DNA of 64,000 nucleotides, taken from the NCBI GenBank assembly GCA_030390025.1, contig CM059431.1, forward strand, positions 118,422,001 to 118,486,000. The letters are read 5' to 3'. This stretch comes from Squalus acanthias (Eukaryota). This document shows positions 12,481 to 26,314 of the stretch, piece after piece (the stretch's first letter is position 1; each line of letters begins with the position of its first letter). The position numbers and the translations under genes are program-made. The notes below the pieces were generated by a model. The model did no database searches, had not been told where the DNA came from, and was given only the letters and a program-made list of their open reading frames with translations.

Positions 12481-13404
12481 CTCGCCAGGTGTGTGGGATT
12501 ATAATTTATTTTCCAGGAATCAATAAAGAAAGCAGAACTCTGTAACCTTGAACATAGAGGACAATCGACCAATAAGAAAGCAGGAACTGAACCAATCAAA
12601 TAATTAAAACAAATTCTAATCCTTTCACCCACAAACAAATTAGAACGTAATAACAGTGCAAAGTGCTGAAATTTTGTGAATAAAAAGACAAAGTTGTTCA
12701 AAATGGTTTCTGTACAAATCTTTCATCTGCCATTTTTGTCTCAGAAACTCAAATATCCAAGACACAAAAGAAGGTTTCTAACATAATAATTGAATTTACC
12801 TATGAAATTGTTTTTGTGCTTGAGTATCTTCATTAATGTTTTCACACTGAGACCTCAGCCTCTCTCAAAAGCCTGGGAGTTGATGCTATTCATAGAGCCA
12901 TTACTCTGTCAACTGAAGGCAGTTACCACCTGCATTCTGCCTGCAACTTACTATAATGTCACCTGCAAATCTGGATATCACCCAAAGTCAGAATTACCCC
13001 AGTTAAATTCAAAGGAGTAGTTTATACTCACTGCTTTATGCCTCCCATAAATGTGTTCTCACTGCATGTATTCATCCTTATTTAAATAGACAAGTGTTCC
13101 TTAAAATAGCTGTAAATGTAAAATACTTTTACGGTCTGTAAAACATTACTTTTTATATATAAATAGAGTACTCACTGGGGATTGGTAGCTTATAAAAATA
13201 GCATCAGGAGTTGTGTAAAAGATTTGCAAAACACCTTTAACTCAATGCAGAGATACCCACATCACACTGGTGGTGGTGCAGTTGGAACTGATTGATTTTA
13301 TTGAAAGACATCACCAGCTTAGTCGCAGTTCAAATTATATACAAATAATGTGCAATCATGGATGTTACAATTTATAAAATTTTGCCCACATTTTATAGAG
13401 GTGT

Positions 13405-14435
13405 AGGGGTGAGTTTCGCTGAATACTTTAGGGGATACAGAGGTAAAGAGGTGGCCAAGGTGAGGTCTTAAGCTGAAATGCTGGTTTAGCCCACGTTTAA
13501 CGCAAGACGCCATTTTGGTAAAGGAGTTGAAGCCGCGCTAGGAATGTCTTGTTAAACAGCTGATTGCCACTTAAAATGCCTGCCAGCGCTCATTAAAGAG
13601 GCTGCACAGCATTTTGGTGGCTCGCGCTTCAACTAACGCCCTCTGCTAACAGCGACCAGCTGTTTGGGAGTAAACACATTGTTGATGTCAATTTCAAGTG
13701 CTACTTAAAGGGATACTCACCACTTAAAGGGAAAATCACCATTTCATGAACATTTCTGCTGGAGCTGTGAAGAGGACCTCTGAAACACATCGGGAAACTT
13801 TCTGGGACACTTTGTCAAGACTTCACCAACACTCTAGCAACATTTATTCTGGAAATTTTCCAAGGACTTCACCTAAGAAGAGTATGTGTTGTGCTACTCC
13901 ACCTTATAGGAGTCACTCCAGGAGAAAGGGAGTGCTTGGTCATGGGCACCTTGCTAGGACTCCACCTTGGTCTGGATGAGGAATGGGAGGTGGACATGAG
14001 GCCAGGCAGAGCAATACCAGCTGCTGCAGCAGAGATGGACAGGAGAGTGAAGAGCCAAGGTGGCGTCCTTCCCACCTGCGGGTACAGGACATCCTCAGGC
14101 CCTCCAATGCCACATCGGAAAACTTGTGGGCCCTCTCCCTCAGTCCCTGAGCCAACCTGAAACCAGCCACTGTGTGCCAGCCAGAGCACTCCACACCTTC
14201 AGTAGAAGTGGGTGCGAGAACCCCACATATATTGCTCCACAAAAATTGTGTCTAATCAGCACTTGAGTGCTAAACCTGGAGGTATCTGGTTAGCACCTAC
14301 AGGCATGTTCAAATCATGATAATCATCAATTAGCCCGAAAATTGCGTGCTAAATCCAGACTTTCAAACAGGCTAGTCTTATTAGCACTGCACCCATTTAG
14401 TGCCTGTTTTCACCCTTGGGCCAAAATAACCCCCC
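13405..14435. mobile_element. Degenerate non-autonomous Harbinger
   Basis: G-rich TIR-like ends (ggggtgagttt / aaaataacccccc); possible transposase 5' remnant near 13940-14200. Confidence 0.55.
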
Positions 14436-14437
14436 AT

Positions 14438-15962
14438 GGGGGGAAACATTCAGTACCTTAGCACCTCCCGTTAGCACCAACAGATGGCGATAACGGGGCG
14501 CTGATGCAGTAGGGCGAGGCGAATCCAGCGACGCTTGGCAAATCTGGCCCCCATTGCACCACCGCGATGATGTACCGCCAGGGACTTCAACACCAGGCAG
14601 ATTGTGACATCAGTGAGCGTGTAACGCTCACTGGCCGGCGATCTGGAAAATTCATTGTCACCACTTACTTTAGCGCCTCGATCAGGCAGCAACAGGGACA
14701 ACCGGCATGCAGCTCCAGGAAGCCAGCTCCACCGACGTTATTTAAAGGCATCAGCAGTAATCACTCCCAACTGTCAGGGCAGGCTAGTTTCAGTGGTTTC
14801 TTGTCAGTTTCACCCAGTAGAACAGTTCCTATGAGTAATTTCAAGCTTCCTTTGTATCAGCAGTCTTCTGACAACTAGAAATGTAGCTACATTTATACTA
14901 CAAAGTAGCTACATTTACTGTTCAAAGATTCAAACTGCTACACTTGGTAACATTAATGGGGGCTGTACTGGCATGCCACCTCGTCCTCCGGGATCAATGG
15001 TAGAGGGAGCGTAGACAGCGAGAAATACGGAAACATGTGCGCAGAGAGATAAGGTGGGACATTAGGGCTCTTACCAGGAGGCCTTACCCTCCGAGGGTAT
15101 TCCGACAGCACTTCTCCTACATTCAATTAGGCGAGGAGCAGTGTATTAGATGGCTCCGCATCACCAAGGTGGTGGTCACAGAACTCTGCCACCTCCTCCA
15201 AACAGACCTCCAGCCTCACACCAGGATGACTTAAACCCCAGATCCCTTTTGCTCACCACATCCCCATCATACCATTCCTGTGACATGCCATATCACAGCG
15301 TCCTCCTGGGTGCAAAGGTGAAATGAGAGAGACCACAAAATATTGCAAACTCCATTAATAAATTTATGCATAAACATATCACACATATCACATTCATTCT
15401 AATAACTAATGACCCTTGTGCCTGCCATAGTTCAATAGCTGTCATTGTGTGTAAGGCGTGAGATGTGGGTGTGAGTGTTGGTAGATAGAGATTGTTGGTA
15501 GGTGAGTGCTGGTGGTCTGGTGCTTGCGGTATGGATGGTGGTGTGTAGCATTTGTTGAAGCAATCAATCACCCTGACCACCCGACTGAGGTGGATCTGCC
15601 ATGAGCACACCTGTTTCAGTCCTCTGGCTCCTTCTGCTTGTTGTGCTTCTCCTTGCTGAGGCAGCTGCATAGCCAGCAATGCTGAGAATGAGGTGCTGCA
15701 GTATCAATGAACCTCCCCTTTAAGTACTGGGAAAAACCTGTGGCAATGATGAGTTGCGATGAGACTGCATCTGATATTGGTCCACCCTTTAAGGTGTAAC
15801 GCCAATGCGTAAGGCCTTTAAGACTTGATTTAGCGCTCCAATCATTTCTTTGAGCAGTGAGAATGAATTTTGTGTGCAGTGTAAAGCATTAGCGTCTGGC
15901 GTTAATTCTCAAACTTTTCTAATGATACCGTCCATTCCTGGGCTATAATGAATTTCAAGCCC
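14438..15962. mobile_element. Internally deleted derivative of the H1 Harbinger family, opposite orientation
   Basis: + strand transposase N-terminus (RRPYPPRVFRQHFSY..EEQCIRWLR..VTELCHLLQTDLQP); 15550-15590 is the reverse complement of the H1 Myb exon 1/intron 1 junction; ends ggggggaaacattc / gaatttcaagccc. Confidence 0.8.
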
Positions 15963-16121
15963 AAGGTCTCTTAAAAAAAAACGGTGAAGCCTTTCCCAAG
16001 GCTCAGACATATTGATGGAAATGTCATAGGTTTGCCATAATGATTTTCAATATTACCTGCACTCTACAAATATATTCATCATCAACAACTCATGCTTCAA
16101 AATCAATTTCTTAGATAGAAT

Positions 16122-16625
16122 TGCATAGAGTTTCTGTTTTGGGCACAATTGGTGATTCCAGCGCAATTTCGCATAAAACTGCGCCCATTTTGAAAAGTGT
16201 TTTCTTCACCCTGAGTTTCCCCTCAAACTTAATTGCATATCGCTGAACACAAAATCTGCCATGAACCAGTGCAATCGGGCAGCATTTGAAAAGGTCATTG
16301 TGCTTTAAAAAATAATCCTTGATATATTTAAGAGTGGTAACTTGGTAAAGTTTGATTAACACAGCTGAAAATGTGTTTATTGCAAAAAATATGCATTTTT
16401 AGTCACAGTGTCAATGCACCACCTGTGAGTAACTAGATTTTAAATTACTGAAAATGTCTTTTAAAATATATACAAAACTATTTCCTAGTCAGATTGGGGT
16501 ACAGTAGGCAGTGCCTTAGTATATTTTTTAAAAATCAATCATTCAAAATCGCCTAAAAGATCCAACTTATTTTTTGGAGCCTCCTCAAACATCTGCAAAG
16601 CAGCGCAACTAGTGGAAATTCTCAA
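16122..16625. mobile_element. Degenerate MITE
   Basis: CpG-bearing ends with gagtttc / ggaaattctc motifs around an AT-rich core, like the other MITEs here. Confidence 0.35.
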
Positions 16626-16882
16626 TGGTGATTAATTCACCCTGGGGGATGGTCAGTTTTGTGGGTGAGGCCAACTTCTCGCGCGGTGTTTTTAAAATGG
16701 TTGTGATAATTTGCAACACAAAATTTCTGATTGGTCTCCTTGGAGGACAAGACACACCCAACAGTTTGTCTGGAATGTGTAATTTGATCCTGCCTGCTGG
16801 AGTAATCAAGCAATGTGTAATTTGATCCATTCATTGTGAACGCCAAGCTCCAGAGCTCACAGTACTAACACTACTGCTTTCA

Positions 16883-17661
16883 TACTACATACTCATGTGA
16901 CTCGGCCAACGTTGTCTACCTCATACGTTGCAGGAAAGGATGCACCGGAGCATGGTACATCGGCGAGACCATGCAGACACTGAGACAACGTATGAATGGA
17001 CACTGCACAACAATCGCCAGGCAGGATTGTTACCTCCCAGTCGGGGAACACTTCAGCAGTCAAGGACATCCAGCCTCGGATCTGCGGGTAAGCGTTCTCC
17101 AAGGCGGCCTTCGAGACACACGACAATGCAAAATCATCGAGCAGAAACTGATAGCCAAGTTCCGCACCCATGAGGACGGCCTCAACCGGGATCTTGGGTT
17201 GATGTCACGCTACATAATGTAGAGTCATCCAGACTCGAGTCGTCGTTGGCTTGTTCACAGATGTGATTTCCAGTAAAAAAAAGTAAAAAGTTTAAAGGTT
17301 ATGGTTTTCCATACAGACTGCATTTGACACATTAGACCCCCTGTGACCCCACCTCATTGTCTTAGTTGTATCTTGCTATGTCTTTGATATAATGCCTTCC
17401 TGACTGACCTGATTGTTTCTCTGCCGAGGTGTGATAAAAGGCAGTCAGAAAGATTAACTGTAGTCGTCTGACATTGTACGCTACACAGGCATTGTTCTCT
17501 GTCTATATATGCTTTGCCGATTCGTATTCCTTCACTTCACCTGACGAAGGGGCAGCAGCTCCGAAAGCTTGTGATTTCAAATAAAACAGTTGGACTATAA
17601 CCTGGTGTTGTGCGACTTCTCACTTTTGTCCACCCCAGTCCAACACCAGCATCTCCGCATC
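16883..17661 (+). mobile_element. Penelope-like element, 5'-truncated (GIY-YIG C-terminus plus pseudo-LTR)
   Basis: ORF 16971-17222 homologous to 6482-6871; 10-bp TSD actgctttca (16873-16882, 17662-17671). Confidence 0.92.
17537..17574 (+). ncRNA. Minimal type I hammerhead ribozyme
   Basis: TCAC-CTGACGA-A-GGGGC(agca)GCTCC-GAAA-GC-TT-GTGA. Confidence 0.75.
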
Positions 17662-17797
17662 ACTGCTTTCAGAGAACAGACAGGGCTCACCCTCCCAGGT
17701 TAGGAACACACACAGTGCTGACACTGCTGAGTTCAGATAGGATTGGGGTGAGGCCATGAAGGGATTTTAACATGAGGATGAGAATTTTAAACTCAAG

Positions 17798-19071
17798 GGG
17801 GGTAATTTTTCAGGGGGTCAGCAGGTGCATTTGGTGGCGGGTCGGGTGGGAATTTTTTTTTGACAGCGGGTCAGGAACCCACTGTCAACCTGCTGCCACA
17901 TGACTTTCCCAGCTGTCAGGTCTGTCAATGCTGAACACCAAACTTCTCCGCAATCAACTGATGCTGCACAGGACACAGGACATCAGCACCTGACCACATT
18001 GCTGCCCGGGAGGCCAGCGATGGCCTTCCCATAGCCAGATTTACTTCACTTGACGCTGTACACCGTGGCTGCCACATAATACGCCAGGTTGGCACCACCC
18101 CACACCAACATCATAAAGCATCCCCACAATGCCCAAGCCATTCCTTTCACACTCATCACCATTGCAGGGGGTACCATTATGTCTCACCATTCACTGCAAC
18201 TCACGAAGCCACTTCCAAAGGTACACAAAAATCTGTCAAGAATGCAAAGTGTTGAAAATAAAGATTTCAATGTTTGACAGCATATTAACAGAAACTTTAC
18301 ATGAACATTGGCTAAAACACACAAGTGCCTACCCTTGTGTGTTGTTAGTTGGTATGATTGGACTAGGCTGAGAGTAAGTGTGAGGGGTGGCTCGTGAGAT
18401 GGGGAAATGATAATGTAGATAGAGAGGGATGGGTGGAGGTGCAAGGTAAGTTGGTGTGAGTAAGGTTGGGCAGGAGTAGGGTAGGGAAGGCAGAGTGATG
18501 GGGACGTGTGAGTGGCACAGCAGGATGAGGTTGAGTGTGGCTTTGCAGTAACGTTTCCTGACCTACTGAGATCATTGAAAGGTTTGTGCCACTACAGCCT
18601 GGTCCTCCTAATGACATCCCTGCTTGTGTCCTCCTGTGCAATGTGCAACCAGGCTACGTTAGTCTCCTGAGGAGGTGTCTTCTGCCCATTGGAAGGGAAG
18701 AGGACCTCCCTGCGTGCTCTGACTCCCTCCATAAGCATATGGAGGGAGTCATGGGAGAGCCTGGGTGCAGCCGTGCACCTCTGTGCAGTGCTTGTCAGTG
18801 TTTGCAGCACCTCAATGCTGTAGATCACTGACAGCAAGCTGTCAAAATCAATTTGCGCATGGTCCCTTTAAGGAAACTGGCTGATGAGGCGTCATCAAAT
18901 GACGTCATCAGACACGCTTCCTTCAATTGGCCAGCAAACGTGCTGGGCGGGCTTAACAAGCCCAATCAGGGTAAAACCATTGTACAGTGCGGGCTGAAGC
19001 CAGCAGCGGGGTCAGGACCCGCCACTGACTCCGGCCGCACCGGACCCACCGCGGTAGGGGCAATCGCGGCG
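17798..19071. mobile_element. Non-autonomous Harbinger deletion derivative
   Basis: TIR-like ends; Myb exon 1 remnant on - (APRLSHDSLHMLMEGVRARREVLFP..WLHIAQE); fused transposase N- and C-terminal remnants on + (17950-18050); same family as 39541-41337. Confidence 0.8.
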
Positions 19072-19085
19072 TAGATGTAGGTGGA

Positions 19086-19249
19086 AAATGTTCCCCCTAA
19101 TTTTTTTTTGGGTGTGCAATCCCTTTAAACAGGTTGCACGGCGCATTCAAAATTTTACGCATGCACAAATCTCCCATTCAAAAGCCGGTAAGCGGTCTAT
19201 GCGGGTCCTCAAGACAGCTGCACAGCCGTGTAGCTTAGCGGAAACATTG
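19086..19249. mobile_element. hAT-type MITE
   Basis: TIRs aaatgttccccctaa / ttagcggaaacattg; 8-bp TSD taggtgga / ttggtgga (one mismatch). Confidence 0.7.
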
Positions 19250-19454
19250 TTGGTGGACCGTGATACAATGTAGGTCAATGAGCACAGGGGTGATGGGTGA
19301 ATGGGACTTGCTGCGTGTTAGGATATTCGCAGCAGGGTTTTGGATGAGCTCAAGTTCATTGAGGGTGGAAGATGGAAGGCTGGCCAGGAGAACATTGGAA
19401 TAGTCGAGTCCGGCAAATAACACATAAATGTAATGTGATGCATGTTGTAGGACC

Positions 19455-19998
19455 ATAGAATCATAGAATGGTTACAGCATAGAAGGAGGCCATTCGGCCC
19501 GTCGAGCCCGTGTCGGCTCTCTGCAAGAGCACTTCAGCTAGTCCCACTCACCCAACCTTTCCCCGTAGCCCTGCAAATTCTATCCTTCAGGTTCTTATCC
19601 AATTCCCTTTTGAAAGCCATGATTGAATCTACCTCCACCACCCTTTCAGGCAGTGCAATCCAGATCCTAACCACTCACTGCGTAAAAAAGTTTTTCCTCA
19701 TGTAGCCTTTGGTTCTTCTGCTAATCACCTTAAATCTGTGTCCTCTGGTTCTCGATCCTTCCGCGAATGGGAACAGTTTCTCTCTATCTACTCTGTCTAG
19801 ACCCCTCATGATTTTGAACACCTTTATCAAATCTCCTCTCAACCTTCTTTGCTCTAAGGAAAACAACCCCAGCTTCTCCAGTCTACCCACGTAACTAAAG
19901 TCCCTCATCCCTGGAATCATTCTTGTAAATATTTTCTGCACCCTCTCTAAGGCCTTCACATCCTTCCTAAAGTGCGGTGCCCAGAATTGGACACAATA
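19455..19998 (-). mobile_element. CR1 LINE 3' fragment
   Basis: YCVQFWAPHFRKDVKALERVQ..LRGDLIKVFK; catagaa tail; cut by Harbinger H2 at 19999. Confidence 0.92.
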
Positions 19999-20283
19999 GG
20001 GGGTGATTTTCCCATTGGAGGCGGGTTGGAGGGGGGCTTCGGTTTCTGCAGATTCCAAACCCGCCTCCACTGTCAGGTGGGAAAAATTAGCGATTTTCCC
20101 CTAATTGGCCAGTTGATTTCAGAGGTGTGGGTTCCCCTGGGAAAATTAGTCTTTGGGACTGAAACTCGCCTCTGCTGACATCACTTCTCCAGCTTCATTT
20201 AAGGGCTGCTTGCTGCCTTGGCTCATTCCACTGGTTTTTTTGGTTGATGGTGCACCACCTCCAAACTTTTATCTCATTGAAGA

Positions 20284-22293
20284 ATGGCCAGCTCCAAGAC
20301 AAGGGCCTCCCCGAGGTTCTCGGATGTTGCGCTGGGTATCCTGGTTGAGGGGGCGAGAGCCACCAGGGAGGTGCTCTTCCCCTCATCTGGGAGGAAGAGG
20401 ACTCCCAAAGAAACCAAGACTGTGTGGGTCCAGCTGGCAAGGGATATAACCTCCAGATCTGTGTGCAGCAGGACATGGCTGCAGTGCCATAAAAGGTTCA
20501 ATCACCTTGTAAGATCAGGCAAAGTGAGTATACCATCAGCTTGACCATCCTTCTGCTCCCCTTCTCCTCTCATCACCAGCATTCTGCATTTTCAACCTCC
20601 TCCTCCACATCCCACTTTACCCTTACAACCCTTGCACCCTTCACCATCCCTCTCACTCTATGAACCCAATCACTTGACTATTCGACTATGCTGCCCTCAC
20701 ACTCCCTTTCAATGTTATGCAATGACAATGACTAACAACACACAGGGAGGGCCCTTGGACATGGAACCTCACTCCATCTTTGTCTCCTTCTAAGCATCTA
20801 TGCTCTGGACTCTCTACACTCACTCCATCATTCTCACTCCAACTCCACTTGTCTCCCTCACTGCAGGAAAAGAGAGCACACAATAGAAGGGAAAGGGCGA
20901 AGACAGGAGGAGAGCCACCTTCCCTTGTCCTTCTCACCCAGGCTGAAGAGGCGGCCCTGGACATTGCCGGCGTGGAGGTGGAGGTGGAAGTGGGGGACGG
21001 ACAGACGGGCGATGCAGACCAAGCTGGTGACAGAATAGTTTTGCGTCTCTCTCATTTACACTGGTTGAGTAACTGAAATGGCTGCTGGTGTACATTATTA
21101 GAATGCCACTTGAGCATCTGCACTATTGCATGTGCATGCCACACTTCCGTCAAATGTCTAACCCATGCCTTTACTCCCCCACAGGACCATCCACAGAGCC
21201 CCCCCCCCTCCCCCCCCCACCGCCACTGTCAACGGGGAAGAGGCTGAACTGCAAGATTCCTCAGAGGAACCTGCAACCTCTGAGGACACAGCGTCAGCAG
21301 AATTAAGCGCACCCAGCACCAGCGCAGATACGCATACCTCGGTGGGACCTTCGGGACATAGAGTAGTGTTGTCACCATGTGTATTACATCTCACAGGTGA
21401 GCATCAGCAGGTGGTGGAGACAGGGACAGCAGTGGAGAGTCCTCGTCGGAGGTCGTAGGACTCTCCTAGCTTTGCTCTGCTGCATGTGGACCCTGTGCCT
21501 CTGGGTCCATCCAGAAGGAGAGCGGTGCTGGAACTCCAGGAGCAGGTGCAGGAGTCTCTGGCAGGTTTTGTCTCCAGGGTCACTGCAAGTGTGGAGAGGA
21601 TAGAGGAGTCCAACTCTAACATGAGCAGTGCCATTGTGGAGGCAATGGCGCATGAATGCACCACCACAGAAAGGATGGCAACCTCTGTGGTTACAAAAGG
21701 GTGTCTACCTTTCTGGAAAGGGTGGCTACGGTAGAGGAGAGGATGGCTATGGCCATGGAGGACCTAAGATGCCAGAGTCTGGAAAACATGGTGAATGTTC
21801 AGAATAGACTGACATCTCTGGAGGAGTGATGGGCAGCTATTGACCAGAGAAACCAGAGCTTCATGGAAGTCCTTTTGAGGAGGACTGCCAGTGCAGATGC
21901 GTGTCCCCATGGCACCCCTGATGTGCAGCAAGGTGCTCTCAAGCCACTTGTAAGTGCTGAGGTGGACCTGACCCATGAGAGGGAAGTTGGTGGCAGAGAA
22001 CCAGGAAGTGGGGGCTCCTCTCCAAGCGCTCACACTTCCATGCCACTGTGTAGCCCTCGGTCAAAGCCCCACCAGAATCCGCACCCAACTGAGATGGGCG
22101 TCTCAGCCCCTGCACTGCTGCAAGATGAGCAGATGTTTGGCGAGCCCTCACAGGTTCGGAAACCCAGAGGAGGCCCGCCAAAGGTGTCAAAGTAGGAGCA
22201 GCATAAATGTGAGCAAGGGGCCTCCACTTCTGGTGAAGCCACAGGGGGAGCACCACGTAGTAGCATGCGTAAGAGAAAAATAAAGCACCATTA
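20284..22293 (+). pseudogene. H2 Myb/SANT-like gene (exons 20284-20523, 20867-21026, 21185-about 22290)
   Basis: MASSKTRASPRFSD..WVQLARDI..QCHKRFNHL; AAA|GTGAGT donor, ctgcag and cacag acceptors; same intron phases as H1; stops in exon 3. Confidence 0.85.
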
Positions 22294-22552
22294 GTCACAG
22301 GGGTAGGCACTTGGGTGATTGTTTCTGTTTATTGATGAAATGCCATCCCTGTGTGAACGTATTAAAATGAGGTGATGGCAAACAAGTTGGTGTGATGGCA
22401 TCTGTTATTTCAGCTTAGCCAGCTCCACATTGCGGGCTCCGCGACACTTGCGTGGTCAGGTTGTCGGTCAGAGTGAAAGGAGGCCACAGAGTCATGTCCA
22501 TTGTCTATCATGTGTTAAGAAGGAGCCAAGCACATGTGCCACAATGGGCAAC

Positions 22553-23820
22553 CTATGCAAATCTGGCCAGGATGAGTGCATCCCTTGCATCATGGGCAGC
22601 CATATGTTCGCGTGCTGCCGCTGCTGCTGGTAGATGCGCCGCCGCTCGGTCCTGGTCCTGGTCCTGGTCCTCATCGTCCTCCTCCTCCTCCTCCTCCAAC
22701 TCCTCCTCATCATCATCGGAGGCTTTGAACTGAGCCACTTGCTCATCAGGAAGCTGCAAGCCAAGACTCTGTGCCATGTTGTGCAGTGTAAAGCAGACCG
22801 CGACCATTCTGGAGACCCTGGCTGCTGAATACTGCAGGGCTCCACCTGATCTGTCAAGGTATCAGAGTCGCATCTTCAGCAAGCCAATGGTCTGCTCGAT
22901 GATGGACCTGGTTGAAATGTGGCTGGCATTGTAGTGCTCCTCATCCTCATTAGCTGGCCTCCTGATCGGCATCATTAGCCACTTCTTCAGGGGGTAGCCC
23001 TTGTCACCAAGGAGCCATCCATTAAGTTGGTTTGGCGGATTGAAGAGCGGAGGAACACTAGAGTTCCGCAGGATGAATGATTCATGGCAACTACCACAGA
23101 ACTTGGCACAAACATGCAAAATCTCCTTCTTGTGGTTACACACCAGCTGTACGTTGAGGGAGTGGAAGCCCTTGCGGTTGACAAAGATAGCTGGGTTGTG
23201 ATGGGGTGCCCTAAGGGCCACATGTGTGCAGTCTATGATGCCCTGCACCATTGGCAAGCCTGCCATATTTGCAAAGCCAACTGAACGTGCGGTTACACTT
23301 GCTTGATCCATTAAGAAGTAAATGTAATTGTGGGCCTTTGTGAAAAGGGCATTGGTTACCTGCGCGATGCAACTGTGGGCGGCCGACTGGGAGATGCCGC
23401 TGATGTCTGCTGATGATTCCTGGAAGGAGCCTGAGGCAAAAAAGTTGAGTGTGGTGGTGACTTTGACAGCCACTGGTAAGGGTATCCACCTGCTCCTCTG
23501 GGCTCCAGGTGTTGGTGCAGCAGTGCGCAGATGTCTCCGACAACCTCTCGCGAAACTCTCAGCTTCCTTTGGCACTGCTGCTCACTCATGTTGAGGTAGC
23601 TTATCCTCTGTCTGTAAACCCTTAGAGGGGGGTATCTCCTGTGGCGACGTGCTGCCATGCGCTGGCGCCTTCTGCCCTGTGCACCATCAGGTGGGTGAGC
23701 AGAAGGTTGGTGCTCCTGCTGCTGTTGCTGCTGAGCTCTCATTCCCCCCCCACTCCCACCGCCCCTTGGATCACGTTCTTCCCCCCACTCCATTGTTCTC
23801 ACTGTGCTCCCCCCCAACAA
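22553..23820 (-). pseudogene. H2 Harbinger DDE transposase, frameshifted
   Basis: [52 protein letters not shown] and an acidic tail. Confidence 0.93.
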
Positions 23821-23973
23821 GTTTCAACCTGCTCCCCCTGAGTTCCTGACCTCCCACCTCTCCGAGCTCCTCTCTCTTCCCTCCACTTTTCGTCCACTCT
23901 CCTCTCCGATATTGCGGCTCTGACTGGGATTACAAACTTCTGTTGGGTTTCAGTTATGGCTGAATAAGATAAT

Positions 23974-24791
23974 GAGGCTAGAAAAACAGCGCCGCCGAAG
24001 GGCCGCTTTGAATCGTCATTCTCTTGTTCTTTCGACTCCTGGTTACAGAGCTACAACATTTGGTGTAAACGCACAGATGCCCACCATTCAACCAAGGATG
24101 GCAGTCAAAGTTTTCACCTTTGTGTCACTGCGCACACTTTTTGTTTCCCCTAATCAGTATCATTTTCCTCCCTCGTTGTTGCAACTACTGCCCCATTCTC
24201 AGTCTCCTCTGCGCATCGGTCCTCTTTTCAATAGTCGCACTCTCAAACTCGGCGCGGTGTTTCATTACAGAAATAGGAATAAAAACATCGACAGCACGGT
24301 CTCGCCCGCCATGTTGACTGAGTGCAAGTTTTAACCTGGGAAGTGTTCAGGGCCACTGCCACCCCTGGCCCGGAACTCCCACCCACTTGTTGTGCCTCCG
24401 GCAATCAGAACCAAATACGAGTGCTCTCCAAGGCTAATCCTTTGATCCCCTCTCCTCTCCCCCCACCCCCATCCGATCCACTGACCGTCTCCACATGAGC
24501 CGAGGAAAGCGTGCCAGTGCAGACTGCAGCCGCCGCACCATTTGGTACTGCACATGCGCGACCGGATCGCGTGCGCATGTGCAGTAACAAAGGGATGCGC
24601 ATGCGTAGAGGGAGTCAAAAATGCCGTGCAAATAATCACTCTGTTTTAAGAGTCGCGCAAAAGTTTGCAGAAACTCGAGTTGCACTGAACGCAATTTGCG
24701 CTTAAAATTCCATGATCTTTTGTGCTGGTTAGGCCAATATTGGACGAATTGCTCTGAAGAAAACAATGCAATCGAGCAGAAACTCCAGGCC
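23974..24791. mobile_element. CpG-rich MITE-like element
   Basis: Right end gcagaaactccaggcc resembles the Harbinger TIRs in this window; internal hairpins; left boundary uncertain. Confidence 0.4.
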
Positions 24792-26314
24792 AACGATCTT
24801 TGTGGGGTATAGCAGATCTGAAGCAGACATGTACATCAGCCTGGCTGTTAAACATATAGCTACCAACACCGCCCATGATCAAAGAGAATGCATTCCACAT
24901 GACTATACAGAGTGGGCTGGATTAATCAATATCAAAATATTTCAACAAAAGCTCATTTGTAGCACATTTCATGTAAGTTAGTGGTTCTTTCAAAAGGAAG
25001 GTGTTAAACAAATAAACCAGACAAAATTTACACTGTGAAGCAAATAGTTAAATCTGAAAAGCAGAACAAGAACAGCTGACACGCCAGTAGCTGTGTACCA
25101 ATGAAATCTCCCAGCATTACATTTTATCAGGAAACGTTTCAATCTTTGTAGTAGTGACACACAATTAGTAACCTTGAACGCTCTATGCATTTCAGAAATG
25201 TACAAATCCCAGTGATGTCGAGATGCTTTGGCTGCTGGAAATGCAACTCAGAGATGAGCTGCATGCAACCACATTGATGAAAATGTCAGGGTTTTTGTTT
25301 GGTCATTCACTAGGAGTCCAAAGGTAAAAATAAACATTGATTATGCCACCAAATGAATCACTTAGTCGATCAACTGAAAATGATATTTAAAAAAACTGTG
25401 TGACAGATTGAGTGTCTAAGAACATGATTAAAGAATCAGAAGAAAAGAATCACTGTCTCTTTGAGCGATGCATCTACAGCTGAACATTTCAATCAAAATG
25501 ACTGTGATCGGTTAAAAAGAACCTTTCACTGACTGCAGTGTAACAGGTCAGAGATTGACCCAGTATATGAAAGGGCTCATTCGATATTATAGTTTTGCAG
25601 TGCATGCTGTAGGAAGTGATCACTTAAACACACTGTTGAAAGCTTCCCATGACAACTTAGGAGTGAAGTTCAACTTTGATGGGGATGCAAAGCTGGTGGT
25701 AGTGGATTGGTTGCTCGTTTTATACCCCACCCAATTTTCCCTTTCCATTCATTTCGCACACAATTTTGTAGTAATGTTTCATGGCGTCGGGTACGTTATG
25801 ACCATCAAGTCTGCCTGTCCGTTTCCTTCTTGCTCATTGGCTAACTCTCCATGTTTTTCACCTTTATGTTTGGTTATTTTCTACTTTTGTTATTCACCAA
25901 TCATATGACGCAAAGCTTTTCTCCCAGTCTCGGTGTTTTCCCCAATCACATTCTGCACCCTCTGCCCCAAAACATTGCCATGCCATCATTCCGAAACAGG
26001 AAATATCCACCAAATCACCAAAAAAAAAATCAAAGCAGAGTTGCGATCACTGCCCTGCCCAGATTAAAATGGAGAGGAAAGCATTTGATAATAAAGTAAA
26101 TTTAAATATTGTGAATCCTGAGGTGAATGAATCATCATATCCTCCTAGAAATAAAATGGCAGACTATGCAAAAATCTGCAATTTAATTTATAATGTGCTA
26201 AAAGATGCCCCAGCCTGCAAAAACTTCTACTTCATTTAAAGAGCCAGCACCCATATTCCTCTTTGTGCCCACTTATGCTTCACTTCCAGGCCACTTGTGC
26301 TTCACACGTGAGGT

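Larger units (their letters stand above)
17730..19415 (-). mobile_element. L2-clade LINE fragment split by Harbinger and hAT insertions (pieces 17730-17797, 19075-19085, 19250-19415)
   Basis: ORF 19235-19456 contains LDYSNVLLASLP..LELIQNPAANILT..ITPVLIDLH, the typical L2 RT C-terminus; continues as FKILIL at 17770-17795. Confidence 0.75.
19999..23920. mobile_element. PIF/Harbinger transposon H2 (right end uncertain)
   Basis: Left TIR GGGGGTGATTTTCCC; Myb gene on +, transposase on -; only a degenerate right-TIR candidate near 23908-23919. Confidence 0.88.

Noticed and set aside
23908..23919. Definite right TIR of H2
   Set aside because: Only a degenerate match, no ATA TSD, and the CR1 host does not resume.
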